This document shows positions 8,865-17,363 of a DNA stretch of 24,000 nucleotides, in pieces. The notes below the pieces were generated by a model. It did no database searches, had not been told where the DNA came from, and worked only from the letters and a program-made list of their open reading frames with translations. The DNA lies in assembly GCA_017537265.1 (NCBI GenBank), contig JAFYLE010000009.1, forward strand, positions 7,421 to 31,420. The letters run 5' to 3'. Position numbers and translations under genes: made by a program. Each line of letters opens with the position of its first letter. The stretch's first letter is position 1. Source of the stretch: Clostridia bacterium (lineage in GTDB: Bacteria > Bacillota > Clostridia > Oscillospirales > SIG627).

Positions 8865-11264
8865 ATGAAACTTGCACTCAGTTTTCTTTCCGATTATGTA
8901 AAGAGTGAGTTTTACAAAACTCCCCAAGCGTATTGCGACCGTATGACCGCCACCGGCAGTAAGGTGGAAGGGTATGAGTTCGCGGGCGCAAACGTGGACG
9001 GCGTCGTCATCGGCAAGATCGTGGAGATCTCCCGCCACCCCGATGCAGACCGTCTGCAGGTCTGCAAGGTGGACGTGGCAGGGGAGAAGCTTTTGCAGGT
9101 CGTCACCGCCGCGACCAACGTGTTCGTCGGCGCAGTTGTGCCTGTGGCACTCGACGGCGCAAGTCTTCCCGGCGACGTTAAGATCAAGACCGGTAAACTG
9201 CGCGGCGAGGTTTCCGAGGGCATGTTCTGCTCGATCGCAGAGCTGGAACTGACCACCTTCGATATGCCCGACGCCATCGAAGACGGCATTCTCATTCTGC
9301 CCGAGGACGCACCGCTCGGCACGGATATCCGTGAGTACCTTATGCTCTCCGACACGATCGTGGAGTTTGAGATCACCCCCAACCGCCCCGACTGTCTGTC
9401 CGTCATCGGTCTCGCACGCGAGACGGCGGCCTCCTTCGGCGTGGAAGCCAACATTCCCACCCCCGTCGTAAAAGGCGGCGCAGGCAAGACGGAAGAACTT
9501 GTTTCCGTCACCGTGGAAGACGCCGACCTTTGCGAGCGTTACTGTGCCCGCGCGGTCAAAAACGTTAAGATCGCACCTTCTCCGCTGTGGCTGAGAAGCC
9601 GTCTGCGTCTTATGGGCGTGCGTCCGATCAACAACATCGTGGACATCACCAACCTCGTCATGCTTGAGTACGGCCAGCCGATGCACGCCTTCGATCACCG
9701 TACCCTGACCGACGGCAAGATCATCGTTCGCCGTGCCAAGGCAGGGGAGAAGATGACTACCCTCGACGGCGTGGAACACGAGTTGACCGAACAAATGCTC
9801 ATGATCTGTGACGCGGCGCGTCCCGTCGGCGTTGCCGGCGTTATGGGCGGCGAGAACAGCGAGATCCGTGAAGACACCACCACCGTGGTCTTTGAGTCCG
9901 CCATCTTCAACGGCGCGTCCATTCGCAAGACCAGCCGTGCCCTCGGCTTGCGTACCGAGGCATCGGGCCGCTTTGAAAAGGGCCTCGATCCCGAGACTGC
10001 GCCGCTTGCCCTTGCCCGCGCTTGCGAACTTGTGGAACTGCTCGGCTGCGGTGAAGTGACCGACGACGTCATCGACGTGTATCCCACGCCCCGCACGCAG
10101 ACTCTGCTTCCCGTGGAAGTGGAACGCACCTGCGAGTTCTTGGGCATTTCCATCACCCGCGAGCGGTATGAAGAGATCCTGAAGTCCCTCGATTTTGTCA
10201 TCGAGGACGATTACATTACCGTGCCCTTCTACCGTCAGGACGTGGTCGACTTTGCCGACATCGCAGAGGAGATCGCCCGCATCTACGGTTACGATAAGAT
10301 TCAGGCAAGCGCCTTCAAGACGCCCGCCACCGTCGGCGGCCGCGGGGAGTTCGGCGAATTCGTCCGTTCTCTCGCCTCCATCTGCACCTCCCTCGGCGCG
10401 TATGAGATCCAGACCTATTCGTTCATCGGTGAGAAGTATTACGACGCCATCGGCTACGCCGCCGACGACGTGAGAAGAAAGAGCGTCGTTATCACCAATC
10501 CGCTCGGTGAGGATACCTCGCTCATGCGTACCACCTCCGTGCCCAGCATGCTTGACGTGCTCGGTCACAACTTCAATTATCAGAATCCCTGCGTGCGCCT
10601 CTTTGAATTGGCACGTCTCTACCGTCCCGTTGCGGGCGAAGAACTGCCGGAGGAGACCCGCGCTCTCACGCTCGGTGCCTACGGCGACGTGGATTTCTAC
10701 GCTTTCAAGGGCATGGTGGAGACCGTCTTGACCAAGGTGCTCGGCGAAGGGAATTTGCGTAATCGCACTTACGAGATCTTGCCCGCCACCGAGTGCTTCC
10801 TGCACCCCGGCCGCGCGGCAAAAGTCGTTTGTGACGGGGAAGAGATCGGCGTCTTCGGCGAGGTCGCTCCCAAGATCGCACAGAACTTCGGCCTGTCCAC
10901 TCGCACCTACGTGGCAAGTCTTTGCGTGGAAAAACTCTTCGTCAGAAGAATCGGCGTGCGCAAGTTTTCTGCCCTTCCCAAGTTCCCGGCCATGACCCGC
11001 GATCTTTCTTTGGTCTGCGACAAGGCACTCACCGTCGGCGAGATCGAGAAGATCATCATTCAGGCAGGCGGCAAGAAGCTGGAGAACGTACGTCTCTTCG
11101 ATACCTACGAGGGCGAGCAGGTCCCCGCGGGCAAGAAGAGCCTCTCGTTTGCGCTGACTCTGCGCGGCGCGGAAAAGACCATGACGGATGAAGAGGCGGA
11201 CAAGATCGTCAAGAAGACTTTGTCCAACCTCGAGTTCCACCTCGGCATCACCCTGCGCGCATAA
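8865..11264 (+). CDS. pheT: Phenylalanine--tRNA ligase beta subunit
   Basis: tRNA-binding domain, EITPNRPDCLSVIGLARE, B5 and FDX-ACB-like C-terminus (ARDLSLVCD...); 799 aa. Confidence 0.97.
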   Translation: MKLALSFLSDYVKSEFYKTPQAYCDRMTATGSKVEGYEFAGANVDGVVIGKIVEISRHPDADRLQVCKVDVAGEKLLQVVTAATNVFVGAVVPVALDGASLPGDVKIKTGKLRGEVSEGMFCSIAELELTTFDMPDAIEDGILILPEDAPLGTDIREYLMLSDTIVEFEITPNRPDCLSVIGLARETAASFGVEANIPTPVVKGGAGKTEELVSVTVEDADLCERYCARAVKNVKIAPSPLWLRSRLRLMGVRPINNIVDITNLVMLEYGQPMHAFDHRTLTDGKIIVRRAKAGEKMTTLDGVEHELTEQMLMICDAARPVGVAGVMGGENSEIREDTTTVVFESAIFNGASIRKTSRALGLRTEASGRFEKGLDPETAPLALARACELVELLGCGEVTDDVIDVYPTPRTQTLLPVEVERTCEFLGISITRERYEEILKSLDFVIEDDYITVPFYRQDVVDFADIAEEIARIYGYDKIQASAFKTPATVGGRGEFGEFVRSLASICTSLGAYEIQTYSFIGEKYYDAIGYAADDVRRKSVVITNPLGEDTSLMRTTSVPSMLDVLGHNFNYQNPCVRLFELARLYRPVAGEELPEETRALTLGAYGDVDFYAFKGMVETVLTKVLGEGNLRNRTYEILPATECFLHPGRAAKVVCDGEEIGVFGEVAPKIAQNFGLSTRTYVASLCVEKLFVRRIGVRKFSALPKFPAMTRDLSLVCDKALTVGEIEKIIIQAGGKKLENVRLFDTYEGEQVPAGKKSLSFALTLRGAEKTMTDEEADKIVKKTLSNLEFHLGITLRA

Positions 11265-11268
11265 TACG

Positions 11269-11315
11269 AAAAAAGTCAAGGCGGCAAAGAATACTTTGCC
11301 GCCTTGACTTTTTTT
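11269..11315 (+). terminator. Strong, near-symmetrical intrinsic terminator after pheT
   Basis: AAAAAAGTCAAGGCGGCAAAG(AATA)CTTTGCCGCCTTGACTTTTTT, ~21 bp. Confidence 0.92.
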
Positions 11316-11332
11316 CATCTTGTCGTTATAAT
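11304..11332 (+). promoter_or_regulatory. SigA-type promoter of the nusB operon
   Basis: TTGACT (11304-11309), 17-nt spacer, TATAAT (11327-11332), 35 nt before the nusB ATG. Confidence 0.88.
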
Positions 11333-11367
11333 ATTTCCGTAGAAAAATCATCGTTTGAGAGGAATTT

Positions 11368-11793
11368 ATGGCAGAGAGTAGAGTCAGAGAAAGAGAGACT
11401 GCATTTCAGCTTCTCTTTTCCGCCGAGTTTCAGAAGGACACCCCCGCAGAAGAGGTTTTGGCGGACTATTTGGAAGCAGAAGAATTGGACGTAGTTTCCG
11501 AGTACGTAAAGTCCACCTTCCTCGGCGCCCGCGCCTACCGTGAGGAGGCACTCGCACTTGCCCTGTCCGCGTCTCGCGGCTGGTCGTTGGAGCGTATGTC
11601 GCCCGCCATGCGTGCACTTTTGACACTCTCTCTTTATGAGATCTTAAAGACCGATATCCCCACCGGCATTGCCGCAAACGAGGCGGTGGAACTCGCCAAA
11701 CGTTATGAGGACGAGAAAGGCGCCAAGTTCTTAAACGGCATCCTCGGCACCATCTCCCGCGCCCACGCGGCGGAAAAGGAACAGACGAATTAA
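11368..11793 (+). CDS. nusB: Transcription antitermination factor NusB
   Basis: RERETAFQLLFSAEF... RALLTLSLYEILKTDIPTGIAANEAVELAKRYEDEKGAKFLNGILGTI. Confidence 0.95.
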   Translation: MAESRVRERETAFQLLFSAEFQKDTPAEEVLADYLEAEELDVVSEYVKSTFLGARAYREEALALALSASRGWSLERMSPAMRALLTLSLYEILKTDIPTGIAANEAVELAKRYEDEKGAKFLNGILGTISRAHAAEKEQTN

Positions 11794-11794
11794 C

Positions 11795-12724
11795 ATGGAG
11801 TTTTGCCTCGGAATCGATACCAGCAATTACACGACCTCTCTTGCCGCGGTATCCCTTTGCGGCGGTGAGGTGCTTTCAGTGCGCAGGCTTTTGGAGACAC
11901 CCGCGGGACACGTTGGGCTTCGCCAGAGCGATGCGCATTTTTTGCATACAAAAAATCTGCCCGACCTCTTTGACGAACTCTCTTCGCGCCTACCTGCAGG
12001 CGCGAAATTCGTGCGTGTCGGCGTTTCCACACGCCCGCGCGGCGTCGAGGGTTCGTATATGCCTTGTTTTCTTGCGGGCGTGGCAAGTGCGAAGGCCGCG
12101 GCAACTGCCGCGGGAGCAAGCCTTTTTGAGACGAGTCATCAGGAAGGGCACGTTGCCGCGGCGCTTTATGGTTGCCCCGATTTTCCGACGGTAAGCGAAT
12201 TTTATTCCATGCATCTCTCCGGCGGCACCATGGAACTTTTGAAGGTCACTGACAGCGAGCGCGGCTACGAGACAAAACTTGTCGCCGCCACGCTTGACGT
12301 CACCGCGGGCCAACTCATTGACCGCGTCGGCGTGCACATGGGCCTCGCTTTTCCCTGTGGAAAAGAGCTGAGCCGCCTTGCCCTTTGCGCAACGAAGAAG
12401 TTTGACCGTGTCAAGCTTTCCGTCAAATCCGACGGCATCAACCTATCCGGCTTGGAGAACCGTGCAAAAATGCTTTTCGACAAAGGGGAGAAGCGTGAGG
12501 ACGTGGCCGCGTTTCTGCTGCGTGAGATCGCGCGCGCCATCGTCGCTTTGTACGAGTTCGGGGATACGTCACTGCCGCTTCTGCTTTGCGGCGGTGTGAG
12601 CGCAAGTGCGTATCTCAGGGAGAAGATCACACATCAGAACGTCTACTTTACCGACCCTGCACTTTGCACGGATAACGCCGTCGGCGTCGCCCTGCTTGCG
12701 CGGGAGAAAGGGGGAGAGAAGTGA
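11795..12724 (+). CDS. TsaD/Kae1-family paralog (O-sialoglycoprotein endopeptidase-like)
   Basis: GIDTSNYTTSLA, SHQEGHVAAALYG, STRPRGVEGSYMPCFLAGVASAKAAA, LLLCGGVSASAYLREKI; only 309 aa and next to nusB/xseA. Confidence 0.75.
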   Translation: MEFCLGIDTSNYTTSLAAVSLCGGEVLSVRRLLETPAGHVGLRQSDAHFLHTKNLPDLFDELSSRLPAGAKFVRVGVSTRPRGVEGSYMPCFLAGVASAKAAATAAGASLFETSHQEGHVAAALYGCPDFPTVSEFYSMHLSGGTMELLKVTDSERGYETKLVAATLDVTAGQLIDRVGVHMGLAFPCGKELSRLALCATKKFDRVKLSVKSDGINLSGLENRAKMLFDKGEKREDVAAFLLREIARAIVALYEFGDTSLPLLLCGGVSASAYLREKITHQNVYFTDPALCTDNAVGVALLAREKGGEK

Positions 12725-13935
12725 GAGAGCCCATCACCGTCACCGCCGTCAACGAGTACATCAAGACGCGCCTGGATCAGGACGTGCATCTGCAGAACGT
12801 TGCCGTGCGCGGAGAGATCTCCAATTTTACCAATCATTATAAGAGCGGTCACTTCTATTTCACCTTGAAGGATGAGGGCGGCGTGCTGCGCGCCGTCATG
12901 TTTAAGTACAGCGCACAGAAGATCGCCTTCACCCCGGAAAACGGCATGAAGGTCGTTGCCACGGGGCGCATCTCATCATTCGTGCGCGACGGTCAGTATC
13001 AACTTTACTGCGAGAGCATGGAGCCGGACGGCATCGGCGCCTTGTACCTTGCATTTGAACAACTCAAAGCGCGCCTTGCCGCAGAAGGTCTCTTTGACGA
13101 AAGCTTGAAGAAGCCTCTACCCAAGTGTCCCTTGAAGGTGGGTGTCATCACCTCACCCACGGGCGCGGCGGTGCGCGACATCATTCACGTGGCAGGCCGC
13201 CGTTTTCCGCTTGCCAAACTCGTGTTGAATCCCGTTTTGGTGCAGGGAGAGGGCGCCGCACCGCAGCTTGTCGCAGCCGTGCGCTACTTCAACGAGGTGT
13301 ACCCCGTCGACGTCATTCTCATCGGCCGCGGCGGCGGTTCTCTGGAGGAACTTTGGGCATTTAACGATGAGGCGCTTGCCCGCGAGATTTCAAGGAGCCG
13401 CATTCCCGTTGTCAGCGCCGTCGGACACGAGACGGACTTTACCATTTGCGACTTTGTCTCCGACTTGCGCGCGCCGACGCCTTCCGCGGCGGCGGAAGTG
13501 GCGCTTCCCGACAAGGACGACATGCGCCGCAAGTTTTCAAACGTGCAGGACGTGCTCTCGCGCATTCTGCTCTCGCGCATCGAGCGTGAGCGTGCACGCG
13601 TGAATGTTTATGCACAAAAAGCGGTACTTTCCTCGCCCATCGGCTTTTTGTCCGAACGCAGAATTCCCGTGGATCGCGCACAGGATGCACTGTGCCGCGC
13701 CATGGATCAGAAGGTCGAGCGCGCCGGGAGCGCCGTGTCCACCCTCGCCGCAAAACTGGATGCCTTGAGCCCGCTTGCCGCATTCTCGCGCGGCTACGGC
13801 GCGGTTCTGACCCCCTCGGGACGCGCCGTCACCCATATTGAAGACGTGCAAATCGGGGATGAGATCACTTTGCGTACCTGTGGCGGAAGAGCCACTGCAA
13901 CCGTTGACCGTATTGAAAAGGAGAGCGTGAAATGA
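12721..13935 (+). CDS. xseA: Exodeoxyribonuclease VII large subunit
   Basis: VRGEISNFTNHYKSGHFYFTLKDEGG, VGVITSPTGAAVRDI, IIGRGGGSLEELWAFNDEALAR, SAVGHETDFTICDFVSDLRAPTPSAAAE; GTG start. Confidence 0.97.
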   Translation: MREPITVTAVNEYIKTRLDQDVHLQNVAVRGEISNFTNHYKSGHFYFTLKDEGGVLRAVMFKYSAQKIAFTPENGMKVVATGRISSFVRDGQYQLYCESMEPDGIGALYLAFEQLKARLAAEGLFDESLKKPLPKCPLKVGVITSPTGAAVRDIIHVAGRRFPLAKLVLNPVLVQGEGAAPQLVAAVRYFNEVYPVDVILIGRGGGSLEELWAFNDEALAREISRSRIPVVSAVGHETDFTICDFVSDLRAPTPSAAAEVALPDKDDMRRKFSNVQDVLSRILLSRIERERARVNVYAQKAVLSSPIGFLSERRIPVDRAQDALCRAMDQKVERAGSAVSTLAAKLDALSPLAAFSRGYGAVLTPSGRAVTHIEDVQIGDEITLRTCGGRATATVDRIEKESVK

Positions 13936-14165
13936 ACGAAAATAAGTTGAATTTCGAAGAAAGCTTGAAGCGGCTGGAGGCTATCACCCGTGCTTTGGAG
14001 GCGAGCGAAACGCCGCTTGAAGAGGCGCTGAAACTTTTTGAAGAGGGCACCGCTCTCGTGCGCGCACTCACCGGTGCGCTCGACGAGGCTACCCAGCGCG
14101 TCACCATGCTGCAAAACCCGGCGGCAGGTTCTGTCGAGGAAGCGGATTTTACCCCCGCACAGTGA
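13932..14165 (+). CDS. xseB: Exodeoxyribonuclease VII small subunit
   Basis: NFEESLKRLEAITRALEASETPLEEALKLFEEGTALVRAL; ATGA overlap with xseA. Confidence 0.94.
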   Translation: MNENKLNFEESLKRLEAITRALEASETPLEEALKLFEEGTALVRALTGALDEATQRVTMLQNPAAGSVEEADFTPAQ

Positions 14166-14178
14166 AAGAGAGTCCCTC

Positions 14179-14207
14179 TTGCAAAAAATTAATAATTATG
14201 CTATAAT
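14179..14207 (+). promoter_or_regulatory. SigA-type promoter of the large ncRNA
   Basis: TTGCAA (14179-14184), 17-nt spacer, TATAAT (14202-14207); predicted TSS ~14213-14215. Confidence 0.85.
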
Positions 14208-14212
14208 CCACT

Positions 14213-14804
14213 TTGATGGTGCAGTATCCTAGTAAGGACAGTCCTTTTTGAAAACGGGCCTAAAAATCCGTCAAAGGGCACATCGATGAAGCATTTTGTG
14301 CCTGCTTCGTACGCCCAGTATGGGGTGGGTGCTGAATGAGTGGACTTGTGGGCAATCGCAATGGCATGCGGCAACTGTCCCACTCGTTCTTGGAGGCCTT
14401 ATGCCGTGGGGGCTCTTTTGTTCCTACGGGTAAGGGGTAAACCTGTCACGCGGTACGATTTTGATGCTGTGGGCAGTGTAGCCTGCCTTGAGTGGGTGTG
14501 GCGAATCACGGAACACACCGGGGCTTCCGGCCGGAAGACCCTTAGGTGATTGCCGGGTGAAACCATGGCTGCAAAAGAGGCTGAGAAAGGCTCTGTTCTT
14601 TGGAGGAAATCTCCTAGGCTGTTTTGTTTACAAAGGCATAAAAGGGATTGCAGTGCGACCTCATCGGCAATCGAGTCCCGATACACGGCGACGGTATCGG
14701 CTTCGCTTTAAAGGGGAACCGCTTTTTCGGCAACGGGAAGTAGCGAATGGGGAAACGCCAACTCGACCTTAAGCCGCAACATTTACTTTTTATGCTGCCA
14801 TCAA
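14213..14804 (+). ncRNA. ole: OLE (Ornate, Large, Extremophilic) RNA candidate, ~590 nt
   Basis: No credible CDS. Ends joined by TTGATG[GT]GCAGTAT (14213-14227) / ATGCTGCCATCAA (14792-14804). Internal helices include GAATGAGTGG/CCACTCGTTC (14334-14343/14380-14389), GGGCTTCC/GGAAG(A)CCC (14521-14541), CCGATAC/GTATCGG (14678-14684/14694-14700), GATTGC/GCAATC (14646-14651/14667-14672) and TTCGCT/AGCGAA (14702-14707/14742-14747). Located between xseB and an OapA-like gene followed by dxs. Confidence 0.87.
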
Positions 14805-14815
14805 CCAAGTCATCA

Positions 14816-14849
14816 ATATGCCTTTTCGTGTCGTTGCGGGAAGGCATAT
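14816..14849 (+). other. Hairpin between the OLE candidate and oapA
   Basis: ATATGCCTT / AAGGCATAT 9-bp stem with 16-nt loop; no U-tract follows. Possible processing or leader element of oapA. Confidence 0.5.
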
Positions 14850-14879
14850 ATTATACAAACGGACTTTTTCGGAGGAATT

Positions 14880-15503
14880 TTGGACACATCTCCCATCCCC
14901 CCCGCGCGACGTGAGCGCGAGGAAAAAAACAAAAAGAATAAGCGCCGCCGCAGCCACGTCAACTGGAAGTGGGTCTTCACCGTCTTTGGGCTGAGTCTTC
15001 TCATTTCCATGGTGCTCGCCGTGCTCTCCAGCACGCTGGAGACGATGAATATCTTCGTCGGTTTCATCGTTTTGCTTCTGGTCATCGCCCTCGGTGTTGT
15101 GTTTGACTACATCGGTCTTGCGGTGGCAAGTGCAGACGCGGGCAATTTCCATTCCATGGCCGCCCACGGCAGTCCTTACGGCGCCAAAGGCGTGTGGCTC
15201 ATCAATAACGCGGAGAAGGTCTCCTCGTTTTGCAACGACGTCATCGGCGACATTTCCGGTATTCTTTCGGGTGCCATCGGCGCCACACTTTCCATTTCGC
15301 TCTTTGCGGCGGATACTCCGTGGGGCTTTTGGGGCGATCTGCTTCTCTCCGGCGCCATTTCCGCCATTACCGTCGGCGGCAAGGCCATTTTCAAGGGACT
15401 TGCACTTGCCAACAGTCAGAAGGTCGTGTATTTCCTCTGTGGCGTCCTCTGTCTGTTCTCCCGCAAGAAACAGCCGCAAAAAGCCAAGAAAAAACAAAAA
15501 TAA
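14880..15503 (+). CDS. oapA: OLE-associated protein A (OapA)-like integral membrane protein
   Basis: 207 aa, highly basic N- and C-tails (RREREEKNKKNKRRRSH; SRKKQPQKAKKKQK), about four hydrophobic segments, a DxxxD motif (DVIGD), TTG start with GGAGG SD, immediately downstream of the OLE-like RNA and upstream of dxs. Confidence 0.85.
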   Translation: MDTSPIPPARREREEKNKKNKRRRSHVNWKWVFTVFGLSLLISMVLAVLSSTLETMNIFVGFIVLLLVIALGVVFDYIGLAVASADAGNFHSMAAHGSPYGAKGVWLINNAEKVSSFCNDVIGDISGILSGAIGATLSISLFAADTPWGFWGDLLLSGAISAITVGGKAIFKGLALANSQKVVYFLCGVLCLFSRKKQPQKAKKKQK

Positions 15504-15518
15504 AGGCATTTTGTCAGC

Positions 15519-17363
15519 ATGAAAACATATTCACAGGAAGAGCTCAAGGCGCTCACCACGCCGGAGGCAAAGACGCTTTGCGAAGACATACGTCGGTACT
15601 TGGTAGACCAAGTGATGAGTACCGGCGGTCATCTTGCGTCCAACCTCGGCATCGTGGAGGTGAGCCTTGGGCTTTTGCGCGTTTTCAACCTGCCTGACGA
15701 TCACGTTCTTTACGATACCGGGCACCAGAGCTACGTTCACAAGATCTTGACCGGCCGCGCGCAGGCGTTTTCCGCTCTTCGCACGTACGGCGGCATTTCG
15801 GGTTTTCCCAAGCGCAGTGAGAGCGAGTTCGACTCGTTCGGTGCAGGGCATTCGGGCACGGCGGTTTCGGCCGCCTTGGGTTTTTCGCGCGCGCGCGCGT
15901 TGCAAAACCCCAAGGATCACAGCCAGCACACCGTTGCTGTCTTGGGTGACGGCGCCCTGACTTGCGGCATGGTGTACGAGGCACTCAACAACATCCGTCC
16001 CTCGGACAATCTGATCATCATCTTAAACGACAACGATATGTCCATCTCCAAGAGCGTGGGCAGGCTTTCGCGTTACCTCTCCAAGGTGCGTAAGAGCAAG
16101 CGTTATCTCTCCATGAAGGTCAAGAGCCATCACGTGTTGGATCGCATTCCGCTCGTCGGCGCAGGCATTGAGCGCGGTCTTTCCCGTATGAAGCGCTCGC
16201 TCAAGTCCATCGTTTACCGCTCCAATCTGTTTGAACAACTCGGCATTTATTACCTGGGTCCCGCAAACGGCAATAATTTGGAAGAGGTCGAGCGTCTGCT
16301 GATCGAGGCGCGCCGTCATCGCGGGCCTGTTTTGGTGCATTTCATCACCAAGAAAGGCTGCGGTTACGCTCCTGCAGAAGAGGATCCCGGCCGTTATCAT
16401 TCCGTCTCCGCTTCCGCAGGGGAGTGCGTGACGTTTTCCGAGAAATTCGGCGAGACGCTGTGCGAACTTGCGTCCGCGGACGACAAGGTTGTCGCCATCA
16501 CCGCCGCCATGGAATCCGGCACGGGGCTTTCTGCTTTCCACAGCCGTTTTCCCAAGCGGTTTTACGACGTCGGCATTTCCGAAGAGCACGGCATGACCTT
16601 TGCCGCAGGTCTCTCCGCAGGCGGAGTCAAGCCGGTGTTTGCCGTGTACAGCACGTTCTTCCAGCGCGCGTACGACCAACTATTCCACGACCTTTCCCTG
16701 CAGAATCTCGGCGCCGTTGTGGCGCTGGATCGCGCGGGCTTTGCGGATACGGACGGACCGACGCACCACGGTCTTTTTGACGTCTCTCTCACCTTGGGGT
16801 TGCCCGGTGTGGAGGTGTATTCTCCCGCAACGCACAGGGAACTTTGCCGCACGCTCAGGGCCGCGGTGAAGGATTTTGATACCGCGACCACCGTTTTGCG
16901 CTATCCCAAGGGAAGTGAAAAGGCAGAGATCGTCCGTAGATTTCCCTGCAACGGGAACGTTGAGCGTTGGGACAGCGGTCAGAACGCACGCGTTCTGATC
17001 TTGACGTACGGCAGAATTACCGAACAAGCACTTCTTGCAGCGGACCGCCTCAAGGCCGTCGGCGTGGAATGCACGGTTGTCAAAATTTTAAAACTCAAGC
17101 CCTTTGACAGAGAGGCACTTGCTCACGTTCTTCGCGACGACGTTTTTGATCTTTGCTACTGTTTGGAAGAGGGGATCTTGTCCGGCGGCTTCTTTGAGGG
17201 GCTCGTGCTTCGCCTCTCTGCGGAAGAGCGGCTGATCGCCAATCGTTTTTCCATCCGCGCCGTGGAGGACAGTTTCGTTCCGCACGGCAAGTACGCGGAA
17301 TTGATCTCCCACACGAAATTGGACGCCACGAGCGTCTCGCGTGAGATCGCAAGTCTTCTCTGA
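15519..17363 (+). CDS. dxs: 1-deoxy-D-xylulose-5-phosphate synthase
   Basis: GGHLASNLGIVEVSLGLLRVFN, VLYDTGHQSYVHKILTGR, VAVLGDGALTCGMVYEALNN, DGPTHHGLFDVSL. Confidence 0.97.
   Translation: MKTYSQEELKALTTPEAKTLCEDIRRYLVDQVMSTGGHLASNLGIVEVSLGLLRVFNLPDDHVLYDTGHQSYVHKILTGRAQAFSALRTYGGISGFPKRSESEFDSFGAGHSGTAVSAALGFSRARALQNPKDHSQHTVAVLGDGALTCGMVYEALNNIRPSDNLIIILNDNDMSISKSVGRLSRYLSKVRKSKRYLSMKVKSHHVLDRIPLVGAGIERGLSRMKRSLKSIVYRSNLFEQLGIYYLGPANGNNLEEVERLLIEARRHRGPVLVHFITKKGCGYAPAEEDPGRYHSVSASAGECVTFSEKFGETLCELASADDKVVAITAAMESGTGLSAFHSRFPKRFYDVGISEEHGMTFAAGLSAGGVKPVFAVYSTFFQRAYDQLFHDLSLQNLGAVVALDRAGFADTDGPTHHGLFDVSLTLGLPGVEVYSPATHRELCRTLRAAVKDFDTATTVLRYPKGSEKAEIVRRFPCNGNVERWDSGQNARVLILTYGRITEQALLAADRLKAVGVECTVVKILKLKPFDREALAHVLRDDVFDLCYCLEEGILSGGFFEGLVLRLSAEERLIANRFSIRAVEDSFVPHGKYAELISHTKLDATSVSREIASLL

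Noticed and set aside
8790-11351. 853-aa antisense ORF opposite pheT
   Set aside because: Exact shadow of pheT arising from GC-biased third positions. No SD or domain signature, and it spans the pheT terminator and nusB promoter.
14340-14772. Short ORFs in both strands inside the xseB-oapA gap (14340-14549, 14488-14772, 14399-14686 minus, 14614-14847 minus)
   Set aside because: Unlike any family, inconsistent with local codon usage, and overlapping multiple strong RNA helices; better explained by the structured RNA.
14213-14804. Alternative ncRNA identities: RNase P, tmRNA, 6S RNA, group II intron, GOLLD/HEARO-type RNA
   Set aside because: No recognised RNase P core (e.g. GAGGAAAGTCC), no tmRNA tag reading frame or tRNA-like ends seen, too long for 6S, no intron ORF. 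Gene context and an OapA-like partner favour OLE.
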